The position numbers were made by a program, and so were the translations under genes. A model generated the notes under the pieces. The model was not told the DNA's origin. It searched no databases and saw only the letters and a program-made list of their open reading frames with translations. 64,000 bases of DNA from Chitinophagales bacterium (lineage in GTDB: Bacteria; Bacteroidota; Bacteroidia; Chitinophagales; JADIYW01), in NCBI GenBank assembly GCA_046329775.1, contig JAXLTX010000004.1, forward strand, positions 152,968 to 216,967. The letters run 5' to 3'. Within the stretch, counting starts at the first letter, position 1; every line of letters starts with the position of its first letter. This document shows positions 38,926 through 45,978 of this stretch, piece after piece.

Positions 38926-39315
38926 ATGAAAAGTGGTACAAAAATCATTGACATAGGAACCCGTTTAGTAACCTCAGGTATCTTCGGATATTCTGCTTTT
39001 TTAAAACTCACTGCGGCACCACCAGCTGTCCATATTTTCCAGCGAATCGGCATGGAGCCCGGCGGACGATACAGCATAGCAGCTTTGGAAATCATCGCAA
39101 TTGTGTTACTGCTCATCCCCAAAACAGCTTGGCGTGGCGCTATTTTAGGTATGGTGATTATGCTGGGCGCCATCGGTGTGCACATCATTACGAATGAATT
39201 CGACGTATTGGGTGATGGCGGACTGATGTTTGCTTCTGCCATCGTAGTATTCTTCAGTTGCATCAGCATACTGGTTTATCAGGCTGACATGGAGAGTGAG
39301 CTGAGCAGTGATTAG
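38926..39315 (+). CDS. DoxX-like membrane protein
   Basis: 129 aa with 4 TM helices; TSGIFGYSAFLKL...ALEIIAIVLLLIPKTA pattern of DoxX-like proteins. Confidence 0.7.
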   Translation: MKSGTKIIDIGTRLVTSGIFGYSAFLKLTAAPPAVHIFQRIGMEPGGRYSIAALEIIAIVLLLIPKTAWRGAILGMVIMLGAIGVHIITNEFDVLGDGGLMFASAIVVFFSCISILVYQADMESELSSD

Positions 39316-40361
39316 CGCTGTCCGATTTTTTGATGAAAACTTCGTAGCAGCCAGAAGTTGGATACTATAAATGCGATGCCCAATAGCAGCCAAAATCCGT
39401 TTGCCCTCTGCACCAGTCGGAACTGCTCCGTGTATGCTGGCAAACCCGCCAACACGATGGCTATCCCCAGACTCAAACCGCTCGCCGTTGCCGGAGTGCT
39501 TTGCAAGTATTGTTGCATCAACAGCAAAGTAAGTGGTACGGCACTTTGCAATAAGGCGACACCGACACACATAAGTGGAAAATAGTCTCTCCCGATATGC
39601 AATGACAAAACAGCGCCGGACATACTGATGAAAATAAATTTCTTCCAGTCCACTTTATCGGAAATATAGCCTCCTAACAGTTTGCCTGCACCTGCTGAGC
39701 ATCCTATCCCCAAGAGCCATGCATCGTTATTAAAACACATCATATGCACTACATTCCACCACAAGGAACGGAAGGCTATGGCCATCAGTAAAATCAGCAT
39801 AAAGAAATCATGTGAATCTAACAACGGAGCTTCGTCTGATTCGGGCTTCGCAACATATACAGGAAGCTCTTCCTTCATCAGCCATACTAACAACAGAACA
39901 AGCGGCAGGACAAACAGATGGAAATATTCAAAATGCAGACCAGCTGCAATCCCTCCCGTGATGAGGCCCACCACACCGGGAGCGGTAAAGACACCTGACA
40001 GCGTGGCGCTTTTATTATCAGAGAGGTAACAGGCTGTTCCACCACAGACATGAATGAAAGCAGACGCAAAGCCGCTAAACAGAATGGCTGCATATATGTT
40101 CAGGTAAGAAATGGCGATTGCTGCGACCATGAGCAACAAAGAAAGCATGCTGAACCCTCTAATTTTTCGGACCTTATCTACCAGCATACCGGCAGGTAAT
40201 TGACCTCCGAAAGCAAGCAGGCTGTACACCAGAAACGACAAAGTATTCAGTTGCCAGTTGGTGGAAACTGAAGATAGATGTGCCAACAGATAACCTGCAA
40301 TGAAATCATTGAGCCCGTGAGCAGTTCCGAACAGAACAGCTATGCTGAATGGCTTGTTCAT
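39312..40361 (-). CDS. small MFS-type transporter-like membrane protein (last gene of the six-gene operon)
   Basis: 349 aa with 10-12 TM helices. Motif-A-like loops occur in both halves (GMLVDKVRKIRG; GGYISDKVDWKK). Its ATG overlaps the upstream stop (ATGA). Confidence 0.65.
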   Translation of the reverse strand: MNKPFSIAVLFGTAHGLNDFIAGYLLAHLSSVSTNWQLNTLSFLVYSLLAFGGQLPAGMLVDKVRKIRGFSMLSLLLMVAAIAISYLNIYAAILFSGFASAFIHVCGGTACYLSDNKSATLSGVFTAPGVVGLITGGIAAGLHFEYFHLFVLPLVLLLVWLMKEELPVYVAKPESDEAPLLDSHDFFMLILLMAIAFRSLWWNVVHMMCFNNDAWLLGIGCSAGAGKLLGGYISDKVDWKKFIFISMSGAVLSLHIGRDYFPLMCVGVALLQSAVPLTLLLMQQYLQSTPATASGLSLGIAIVLAGLPAYTEQFRLVQRANGFWLLLGIAFIVSNFWLLRSFHQKIGQR

Positions 40362-40672
40362 AAGCGGATATTATTTATCCAGATACCGACAAAGGTAGTC
40401 AGTGCATTCTGTAAGAATGAAATGAATAATGCCTTATGAAACTTCTGTTCCAGAAAATAACAAATGATGAAGGCTTCTGTGAGCGTGACGCCGGCTTCCA
40501 GTGCCAGCAAATGGATATGAGTTGTATGATAAAGTATGTTGAGGATTGGCCAGGTGAAACAATTGGCCAGCACCAAGATAAAAACAGGAAACAGGATTCT
40601 CTTTCTGTCAAACAAAAAATAGACGGGGACCTCCATCAGTATCGTCAGTGCCAGATATTTAACTATATGCAT
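40358..40672 (-). CDS. hypothetical 3-4 TM membrane protein
   Basis: 104 aa and hydrophobic. It overlaps both neighbours (14 nt and 4 nt). No family recognised. Confidence 0.55.
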   Translation of the reverse strand: MHIVKYLALTILMEVPVYFLFDRKRILFPVFILVLANCFTWPILNILYHTTHIHLLALEAGVTLTEAFIICYFLEQKFHKALFISFLQNALTTFVGIWINNIRL

Positions 40673-41237
40673 TCCTTACGGACTTCTTTTTATAGATGAC
40701 AACAGTCAACATCAACAATACTGAAATGAGGGATAGGTATGCAAATCCAGTATTATGGTTGCTGCCGGGTATATGAAAGCTCAGAAAAGGCAAACCGCTT
40801 TTCTTATTGTTATAGCAATCCGGCTTCAGAACGGTCTTCTTGTAAGTAAGATTGCCTTTCTTATCAAAAGAAAACAGGATTGCAATGTAGGCGGTATTGC
40901 CCAAATATATATCATCCTGCTTCACCGTTGTAAGAGTGAATGAGTTTGTTTTACTGCCATCATCTGTCTTCACCGCCCATACTTCGAGCCTCTCATCCCC
41001 TTTGGGGCTTTCCGGTTTAATCAGGAATGCGGCATCCTGTTTAATCTTATAGGTTTTCTGATTGGAACTCTTTTTCACATAAAAAGTATACGTTCTAAAA
41101 CTATCGACATTTGCGAAATAATACTTTGCTTCCTGCAGCTTATCATGTTTGGGTAACGCAATATCGGCAAAAGATGTCAGTTTAATCAATAGCAAGACTG
41201 CCAGAACGGATAATTTATTTATTTGCATTTTTTTCAT
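40659..41237 (-). CDS. hypothetical type I anchored periplasmic protein (signal peptide ...TSFADIALP, C-terminal TM helix plus basic tail)
   Basis: 192 aa. Its architecture is shared with the 66-aa and 176-aa products upstream. Confidence 0.6.
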   Translation of the reverse strand: MKKMQINKLSVLAVLLLIKLTSFADIALPKHDKLQEAKYYFANVDSFRTYTFYVKKSSNQKTYKIKQDAAFLIKPESPKGDERLEVWAVKTDDGSKTNSFTLTTVKQDDIYLGNTAYIAILFSFDKKGNLTYKKTVLKPDCYNNKKSGLPFLSFHIPGSNHNTGFAYLSLISVLLMLTVVIYKKKSVRNAYS

Positions 41238-41415
41238 TTTTAAGAACGTAGGTAATAATCAAAATCGCAGCCGCAGCCAGCGCACCGAGTGCCCAGGGCA
41301 AATAATTGAAATCACTGAATGTTGTCCTGTTATGTCCGTTATCATCCAGCGGGATATCTGCAAAACAAGATTGCAGCAATAAAAACAAGCTATAAAAAGT
41401 GAAGGGCTTCTTCAT
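41215..41415 (-). CDS. hypothetical small anchored protein (signal peptide ...SCFADIP, C-terminal TM helix plus basic tail)
   Basis: 66 aa. Its N-terminus MKKPFTFYSLFLLLQSCFADIP closely resembles MKQVFSFYFLLIALFSFADMP of the 176-aa protein. Its ATG overlaps the upstream stop (ATGA). Confidence 0.55.
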   Translation of the reverse strand: MKKPFTFYSLFLLLQSCFADIPLDDNGHNRTTFSDFNYLPWALGALAAAAILIITYVLKNEKNANK

Positions 41416-41558
41416 AGATTCTTATTTCTTTTCCGAATATACGCAATCAGCCAAAGAATGCCAAATGTTACGGCAGCGATAATGATTAACAGTATGAAAG
41501 CCGGCAGCACCAACACAATCGGGGAAACGGCATCCATAAGAAAACTGCAGGCACTCAT
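41412..41558 (-). CDS. unlisted 48-aa single-TM peptide
   Basis: Found by hand: MSACSFLMDAVSPIVLVLPAFILLIIIAAVTFGILWLIAYIRKRNKNL. Its ATG (41558-41556) overlaps the TGA of the 176-aa ORF, and its TGA (41414-41412) overlaps the ATG of the 66-aa ORF. Confidence 0.5.
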   Translation of the reverse strand: MSACSFLMDAVSPIVLVLPAFILLIIIAAVTFGILWLIAYIRKRNKNL

Positions 41559-42085
41559 ACTTTATTGCTTTTAACGGCATTCACGTTTCGTTTCCACACC
41601 ACAAACACCAGCAGGAGCAATACCAGCAGGCTGATACCCGAGATGGCATACATGATCCGCCGGTTCATATCCGCTGACACATCCCCTGCAATATCCATAG
41701 GCTCCTGATTGTTTTGTTTCACCTGCATCACCTCTGCTAATCTCTCTAGTACCAGATGATTCCCTTTCACTGAAAGTCTGGCTGTATAGGAATCTTCCAC
41801 ATCTCCGCTGCACAGATTCAGGGTATCGGTCTGTTGCCTTGATTTCTTATGAGTTCCCCATAGCATCTTACATTGTGGCGCACCAAATCCACCTTGTACA
41901 AATATCTTTACGCTATCCTTCAGTACCTCTACCGAATCGTAATTGCCGTAATAGATCTGATAATCCTGCAACGCATCCATCCCTACCACACATACTTCAT
42001 AATCCGGACGGGGCTTATTGCCCGGCATATCTGCAAAAGAGAAAAGAGCAATAAGGAGAAAGTAAAAAGAAAATACCTGCTTCAT
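41555..42085 (-). CDS. hypothetical type I anchored periplasmic protein (signal peptide ...FSFADMP, C-terminal TM helix plus basic tail); first gene of the operon
   Basis: 176 aa with 3 Cys in the ectodomain and the C-terminal ISGISLLVLLLLVFVVWKRNVNAVKSNKV. Confidence 0.6.
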   Translation of the reverse strand: MKQVFSFYFLLIALFSFADMPGNKPRPDYEVCVVGMDALQDYQIYYGNYDSVEVLKDSVKIFVQGGFGAPQCKMLWGTHKKSRQQTDTLNLCSGDVEDSYTARLSVKGNHLVLERLAEVMQVKQNNQEPMDIAGDVSADMNRRIMYAISGISLLVLLLLVFVVWKRNVNAVKSNKV

Positions 42086-42089
42086 ACGT

Positions 42090-42097
42090 TAAATGTA
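42090..42097 (-). promoter_or_regulatory. -7-like box TACATTTA, 4 nt upstream of ATG 42085 (leaderless-type promoter of the six-gene operon)
   Basis: Minus strand reads TACATTTA-acgt-ATG. Confidence 0.45.
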
Positions 42098-42141
42098 ACA
42101 AATTCCATGGAGAATGAAATACACCCGTTTAGGTATATCTG

Positions 42142-42609
42142 CTAATAGCGTATCGCTTTTTTCACGCGCTGGATTTCTTTTGCGGTATCGCGTTCCTTGA
42201 TGCTTTCGCGCTTATCAAAGGATTTCTTTCCTTTAGCCAATACCACCTCTATCTTTGCAAGCCCCCGTTCATTAAAGAATATCTTGTAAGGAATAATGGT
42301 CAGCCCTTTCTCTTTTATTTTGCCTTCCAGTTTGCGCATTTCCTTTTTGGTGAGTAATAATTTGCGCAAACGCAGGGGTTCATGATTGGCATAACTGCCG
42401 TTCTTATATTCGGAGATATGAAGGTTCTTCAGCCACAATTCACCCTGACGAAAATAACAAAAACTATCCCCCAGATTCACCTTGCCTTCTTTCACTGACT
42501 TTATTTCCGTTCCGGTCAGCACCATACCCGCCTTATACGACTCGAGGAATTCGTAGTTGAACTTCGCTTTGCGGTTCACAATTTCTGGCAGTTCGTATTT
42601 CTTGCTCAC
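42142..42609 (-). CDS. smpB: SsrA-binding protein
   Basis: 155 aa with NRKAKFNYEFLE, GTEIKS.KEGK.NL.DS and a basic C-terminal tail. GTG start. Confidence 0.95.
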   Translation of the reverse strand: MSKKYELPEIVNRKAKFNYEFLESYKAGMVLTGTEIKSVKEGKVNLGDSFCYFRQGELWLKNLHISEYKNGSYANHEPLRLRKLLLTKKEMRKLEGKIKEKGLTIIPYKIFFNERGLAKIEVVLAKGKKSFDKRESIKERDTAKEIQRVKKAIRY

Positions 42610-42613
42610 GCAA

Positions 42614-42621
42614 CAAATTTA
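42614..42621 (-). promoter_or_regulatory. -7 box TAAATTTG, 4 nt upstream of the smpB GTG
   Basis: Minus strand reads TAAATTTG-ttgc-GTG. Confidence 0.5.
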
Positions 42622-42622
42622 C

Positions 42623-42649
42623 GATTTGAGATTTGAGATTTGGGATTTA
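42623..42649. repeat. heptamer array GATTTGA GATTTGA GATTTGG GATTTA directly upstream of the smpB -7 box
   Basis: Read directly. It uses the same unit as the array inside metG (3550-3583). Confidence 0.9.
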
Positions 42650-42669
42650 TTTTTAGTTTTTGATATAAT

Positions 42670-42697
42670 TTGTAATTCGTACATTGTAATTCGTAAA
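42670..42697. repeat. 14-nt (2x7) direct repeat TTGTAATTCGTACA / TTGTAATTCGTAAA ending 8 nt before ATG 42706
   Basis: Read directly; 13/14 identity. Confidence 0.85.
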
Positions 42698-42705
42698 TCG
42701 TTCTT

Positions 42706-43950
42706 ATGGTTTTAAATTATATCTGGATTTTATTTTTCGTTTTGTCGTTTATTATTGTGCTAGTTAAGATGATATTATTCGGCGACACGGCCGTAATGCC
42801 TGCCACCATCAATGCCATTACCGATTCTTCTAAAACCGCTTTTGAAATTTCATTGGGTTTAACCGGCGTGATGTGTTTCTGGCTGGGTATCATGAAAGTG
42901 GGCGAAAACGGCGGTGCAATCCGTATTTTCTCCAGACTTATCAGTCCGTTTTTCAGCCGTTTATTTCCGGAAATTCCGAAAGACCATCCTGCCATGGGCA
43001 GCATTCTGATGAACTATTCCGCTAACATGCTGGGGCTGGACAATGCTGCCACACCCTTAGGCTTGAAAGCCATGAAAGAGTTGCAGGAAATCAATCCCAA
43101 CAAAGAACAAGCGTCGAATGCGATGATTATGTTCCTGACGCTGAACACCGCGGGATTCACCATTATTCCGGTCAGCATCATTGCGTTCCGGGCAACAGCA
43201 GGTGCCTTAAATCCAACAGATATCTTTTTGCCTTTATTGATTTCCACCTACGGGGGCATGATTGCAGGATTGATTCTAGTGACCTTTCTACAAAAGATAA
43301 AATGGGATTTTGTATTGACGACCTGGGTGGTGGGCATCATTGCTTTCATTGGCGGACTGACCTATTTATTCAGCGCCCTACCGAAAGAAACCATGGAAAT
43401 CGTGAGCAATATAGTGGGTGGTTTAATTATTTTTTCTGTCATTATCACCTTTATCGCGTTTGCCTTTTTCAAGAAAGTGAATGTGTATGAATCCTTTATT
43501 GATGGCGCGAAAGAAGGCTTTGAAGTCACGGTAAAAATCATTCCGTACTTAGTGGCGATGCTGGTGGGTATTGGCATTTTCAGAGCCAGCGGCGGCATGG
43601 AGATGATTACGCATGGCATTTCTTCCTTATTTAATTCCATAGGATTTGATACGCGTTTTGTAGATGCGCTTCCGGTGGCGATTATGAAACCGTTTAGCGG
43701 CAGCGGTGCGCGCGGACTGATGGTGGATTTGATAAAACCCGTTACCGAAGGCGGTTTGGGTGCAGATAGTTTTGCAGGAAGATTAGCCGGCATTTTCAAC
43801 GGCAGCCATGATACTACTTTTTATGTTTTAGCAGTTTATTTTGGTGCTGTTGCCATTAAGAAAACACGTTATGTAGTAGCTACCAGTTTATTTGCAGAAT
43901 TGGTGAGTATTGTATTGAGTATTGTGGTGTGCTATGTGTTTTTTGGGTAG
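42706..43950 (+). CDS. nucleoside-recognition (Gate) domain membrane protein, fused SpmA/SpmB-like
   Basis: 414 aa with the N-terminal MVLNYIWILFF typical of SpmA-like proteins and two Gate-like halves. Confidence 0.8.
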   Translation: MVLNYIWILFFVLSFIIVLVKMILFGDTAVMPATINAITDSSKTAFEISLGLTGVMCFWLGIMKVGENGGAIRIFSRLISPFFSRLFPEIPKDHPAMGSILMNYSANMLGLDNAATPLGLKAMKELQEINPNKEQASNAMIMFLTLNTAGFTIIPVSIIAFRATAGALNPTDIFLPLLISTYGGMIAGLILVTFLQKIKWDFVLTTWVVGIIAFIGGLTYLFSALPKETMEIVSNIVGGLIIFSVIITFIAFAFFKKVNVYESFIDGAKEGFEVTVKIIPYLVAMLVGIGIFRASGGMEMITHGISSLFNSIGFDTRFVDALPVAIMKPFSGSGARGLMVDLIKPVTEGGLGADSFAGRLAGIFNGSHDTTFYVLAVYFGAVAIKKTRYVVATSLFAELVSIVLSIVVCYVFFG

Positions 43951-44034
43951 TTGTCTGAACTGTGATTTTTGTAATGAATATGATTAAAAAATCATATTAA
44001 TCACAAAAATCAAACTAAATCACAGTTCAGACAA
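43951..44034. repeat. 84-nt nested palindromic element between convergent genes
   Basis: The outer arms TTGTCTGAACTGTGATTT (43951-68) and AAATCACAGTTCAGACAA (44017-34) are perfect 18/18 complements. The inner arms TGTAATGAATATGAT and ATCATATTAATCACA match 13/15 around AAAAA, with a 10-nt bulge (44007-16). Confidence 0.85.
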
Positions 44035-44042
44035 TTTGATTA

Positions 44043-44243
44043 TTAGTAGATAATTGCCAAAGCTGCTACAACTGAATAAAAAATAAAAGCAATCAGTAGG
44101 TTATAATCCCAATTCTCTTTTAAATCAACAATATCTTTAAACGAATGTTTTTGACCTATTATTACATAATAAATCCACCTAATTAATATACCTGGTAGGG
44201 TTAATAAAAATCGTGAGACTTCCTCTCTATTATTTATATCCAT
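44043..44243 (-). CDS. hypothetical small membrane protein (AT-rich ORF)
   Basis: 66 aa with two hydrophobic segments, 3 nt after the recN stop. Composition is visibly AT-richer than the flanks. Coding status is uncertain. Confidence 0.3.
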   Translation of the reverse strand: MDINNREEVSRFLLTLPGILIRWIYYVIIGQKHSFKDIVDLKENWDYNLLIAFIFYSVVAALAIIY

Positions 44244-44246
44244 AAA

Positions 44247-45905
44247 CTAATTCAACAGTCTCTTCGCATTTTCCAATGCTTCTTTGGGTGGGTTGTTGCC
44301 GCTGAGCATCACGGCTATTTCGTGCAGGCGTTCATCACCGGTCAGTGTTTTTATTTCGGTATAGGTTTTTTCCTTTTCGTGGTTCTTGTACACAAAGAAA
44401 TGTTTGCTGGCTTTGGCGGCTACCTGCGGCAAGTGCGTAATGGAAATTACCTGATGGCTCTTGCCTAAGGTTTTCAATATATTGCCCACCTTCTGTGCCA
44501 CCTCTCCGGAAATTCCCGTATCAATCTCATCAAAAATCAAGGTAGGCAAGGTAACGGTTTCCGCCACCAGACTTTTTATCGCCAGCATCAGACGGGATTT
44601 CTCTCCGCCACTGCCCACTTCATCTAAAGATTGTGGTGCCGAACCTTTATTTGCGGAAAACAACAAACGTATTTCGTCAATCCCAAAAATATTTAGTTTG
44701 TCTGCGTCTGCTGTTTTTTGTTCTAAAATGATATGTCCGAAGGGCATTCCCAAATCTACCAGTAAAGAAGACACTTTGCTTTCCGCCGTTTTTATTTTCT
44801 CCGTTCTGTTTTTAGAAATGCGTTGTGCCGTGGCAAATAATTCTTTCTGTTCTTTTTTCAGTTCACTTTCCAGACGCACCATCTCTTCTGTAGAATTGGC
44901 GTATGCATCCACTTTTTGTTGTAGTTCTTCCTGCAGCAGCAACAACTCTTTCACTGCTGAGAAATGATGTTTTTGCAACAGCTTATTGACGGTCGTTTGC
45001 TTATCCATCAGTTCCTGCACGCGCTCTTCATTGTATTCGGTAGCATCGGCAACATTGGTAATCTGTCGCGTGATGCTTTTTAAATCATCTGTGATGGAAG
45101 ATAGTTTGTCGTGCATTTCCAGCAAAGCGCCATGAAAATCCGTCAACTGAGCGATTTGTTTATTGGCCAGCAGTAACTGACTTAAGGCAGCAAACTCATT
45201 TCCGTCGATCAGGTTGTAGGCTTCCGCGAGATTGCGTTTTATCACTTCCGCATTTTGCAATAAGCCCAGCTCACTTTCTATACTTTCGAATTCTTCTTCG
45301 TTCAGGTTCGCCTCCACCAGTTCATTCAACTGAAACGAGATAAAATCAAATTCTTTTTGCAAACGGATTTGCTCTTCCTGCAACTGCTGTAATCGCTGTT
45401 GCTTTTGTTTGAATGCAGAGAATGCAGTCTGATATTCTTTGACAACCGAAGTCTGTTTGCTCAACTCGTCTAAAATTTCGCAAAAGAAAAACTTGTCTAA
45501 CAGATTTTGAGTTTCGCCCTGCGCGTGAATGTCGACGAGTTGTTCCGTCAAATTCTTCAATACATCCAGCGTCACCGGCGAATCATTGATGAACGCCCGT
45601 GATTTCCCGTTGACATTGATTTCCCTGCGGATGATGGTTTCATCTTCGTACTCTAATTCGTTTTCGGTAAAAAACTTTTTAAGTTTATAATGCTGAAGAT
45701 TGAACGTTGCTTCCACCAGACATTTTCCCTCTTTGTTCCGCAGCACATTTGTCTCGGCTCGCTTTCCAAGAATCAGATTCATGGCTCCCAAGAGAATGGA
45801 TTTTCCCGCGCCGGTTTCTCCCGTAATGATATTCAGTTGTTTATCAAACTGAATTTCTACGGATTCAATGATGGCGTAATTCTTTATGGAAAGTGACTGT
45901 AACAC
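44247..45905 (-). CDS. recN: DNA repair protein RecN
   Basis: 552 aa with N-terminal LSIKNYAIIE...ITGETGAGKSILLGAM (Walker A), a long coiled coil, and C-terminal SGGEKSRLMLA and LIFDEIDTGISG. GTG start. Confidence 0.95.
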   Translation of the reverse strand: MLQSLSIKNYAIIESVEIQFDKQLNIITGETGAGKSILLGAMNLILGKRAETNVLRNKEGKCLVEATFNLQHYKLKKFFTENELEYEDETIIRREINVNGKSRAFINDSPVTLDVLKNLTEQLVDIHAQGETQNLLDKFFFCEILDELSKQTSVVKEYQTAFSAFKQKQQRLQQLQEEQIRLQKEFDFISFQLNELVEANLNEEEFESIESELGLLQNAEVIKRNLAEAYNLIDGNEFAALSQLLLANKQIAQLTDFHGALLEMHDKLSSITDDLKSITRQITNVADATEYNEERVQELMDKQTTVNKLLQKHHFSAVKELLLLQEELQQKVDAYANSTEEMVRLESELKKEQKELFATAQRISKNRTEKIKTAESKVSSLLVDLGMPFGHIILEQKTADADKLNIFGIDEIRLLFSANKGSAPQSLDEVGSGGEKSRLMLAIKSLVAETVTLPTLIFDEIDTGISGEVAQKVGNILKTLGKSHQVISITHLPQVAAKASKHFFVYKNHEKEKTYTEIKTLTGDERLHEIAVMLSGNNPPKEALENAKRLLN

Positions 45906-45909
45906 GTAA

Positions 45910-45917
45910 CAAATTTA
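45910..45917 (-). promoter_or_regulatory. -7 box TAAATTTG, 4 nt upstream of the recN GTG
   Basis: Minus strand reads TAAATTTG-ttac-GTG. Confidence 0.5.
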
Positions 45918-45941
45918 CGATTTACGATGTACGATGTACGA
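45914..45941. repeat. heptamer array TTTACGA TTTACGA TGTACGA TGTACGA running into the recN -7 box
   Basis: Read directly. The minus strand reads acatcgt acatcgt aaatcgt aaatttg. Confidence 0.9.
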
Positions 45942-45978
45942 TTTTAAAGAAGAAAAATTTATGTGAACTGCGCAAATA

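Noticed and set aside
38802-39570. Minus-strand ORFs (155 aa and 141 aa) antisense to or overlapping the DoxX-like and MFS-like genes
   Set aside because: The + strand DoxX-like frame and the minus-strand 349-aa frame have coherent TM patterns. These alternatives do not.
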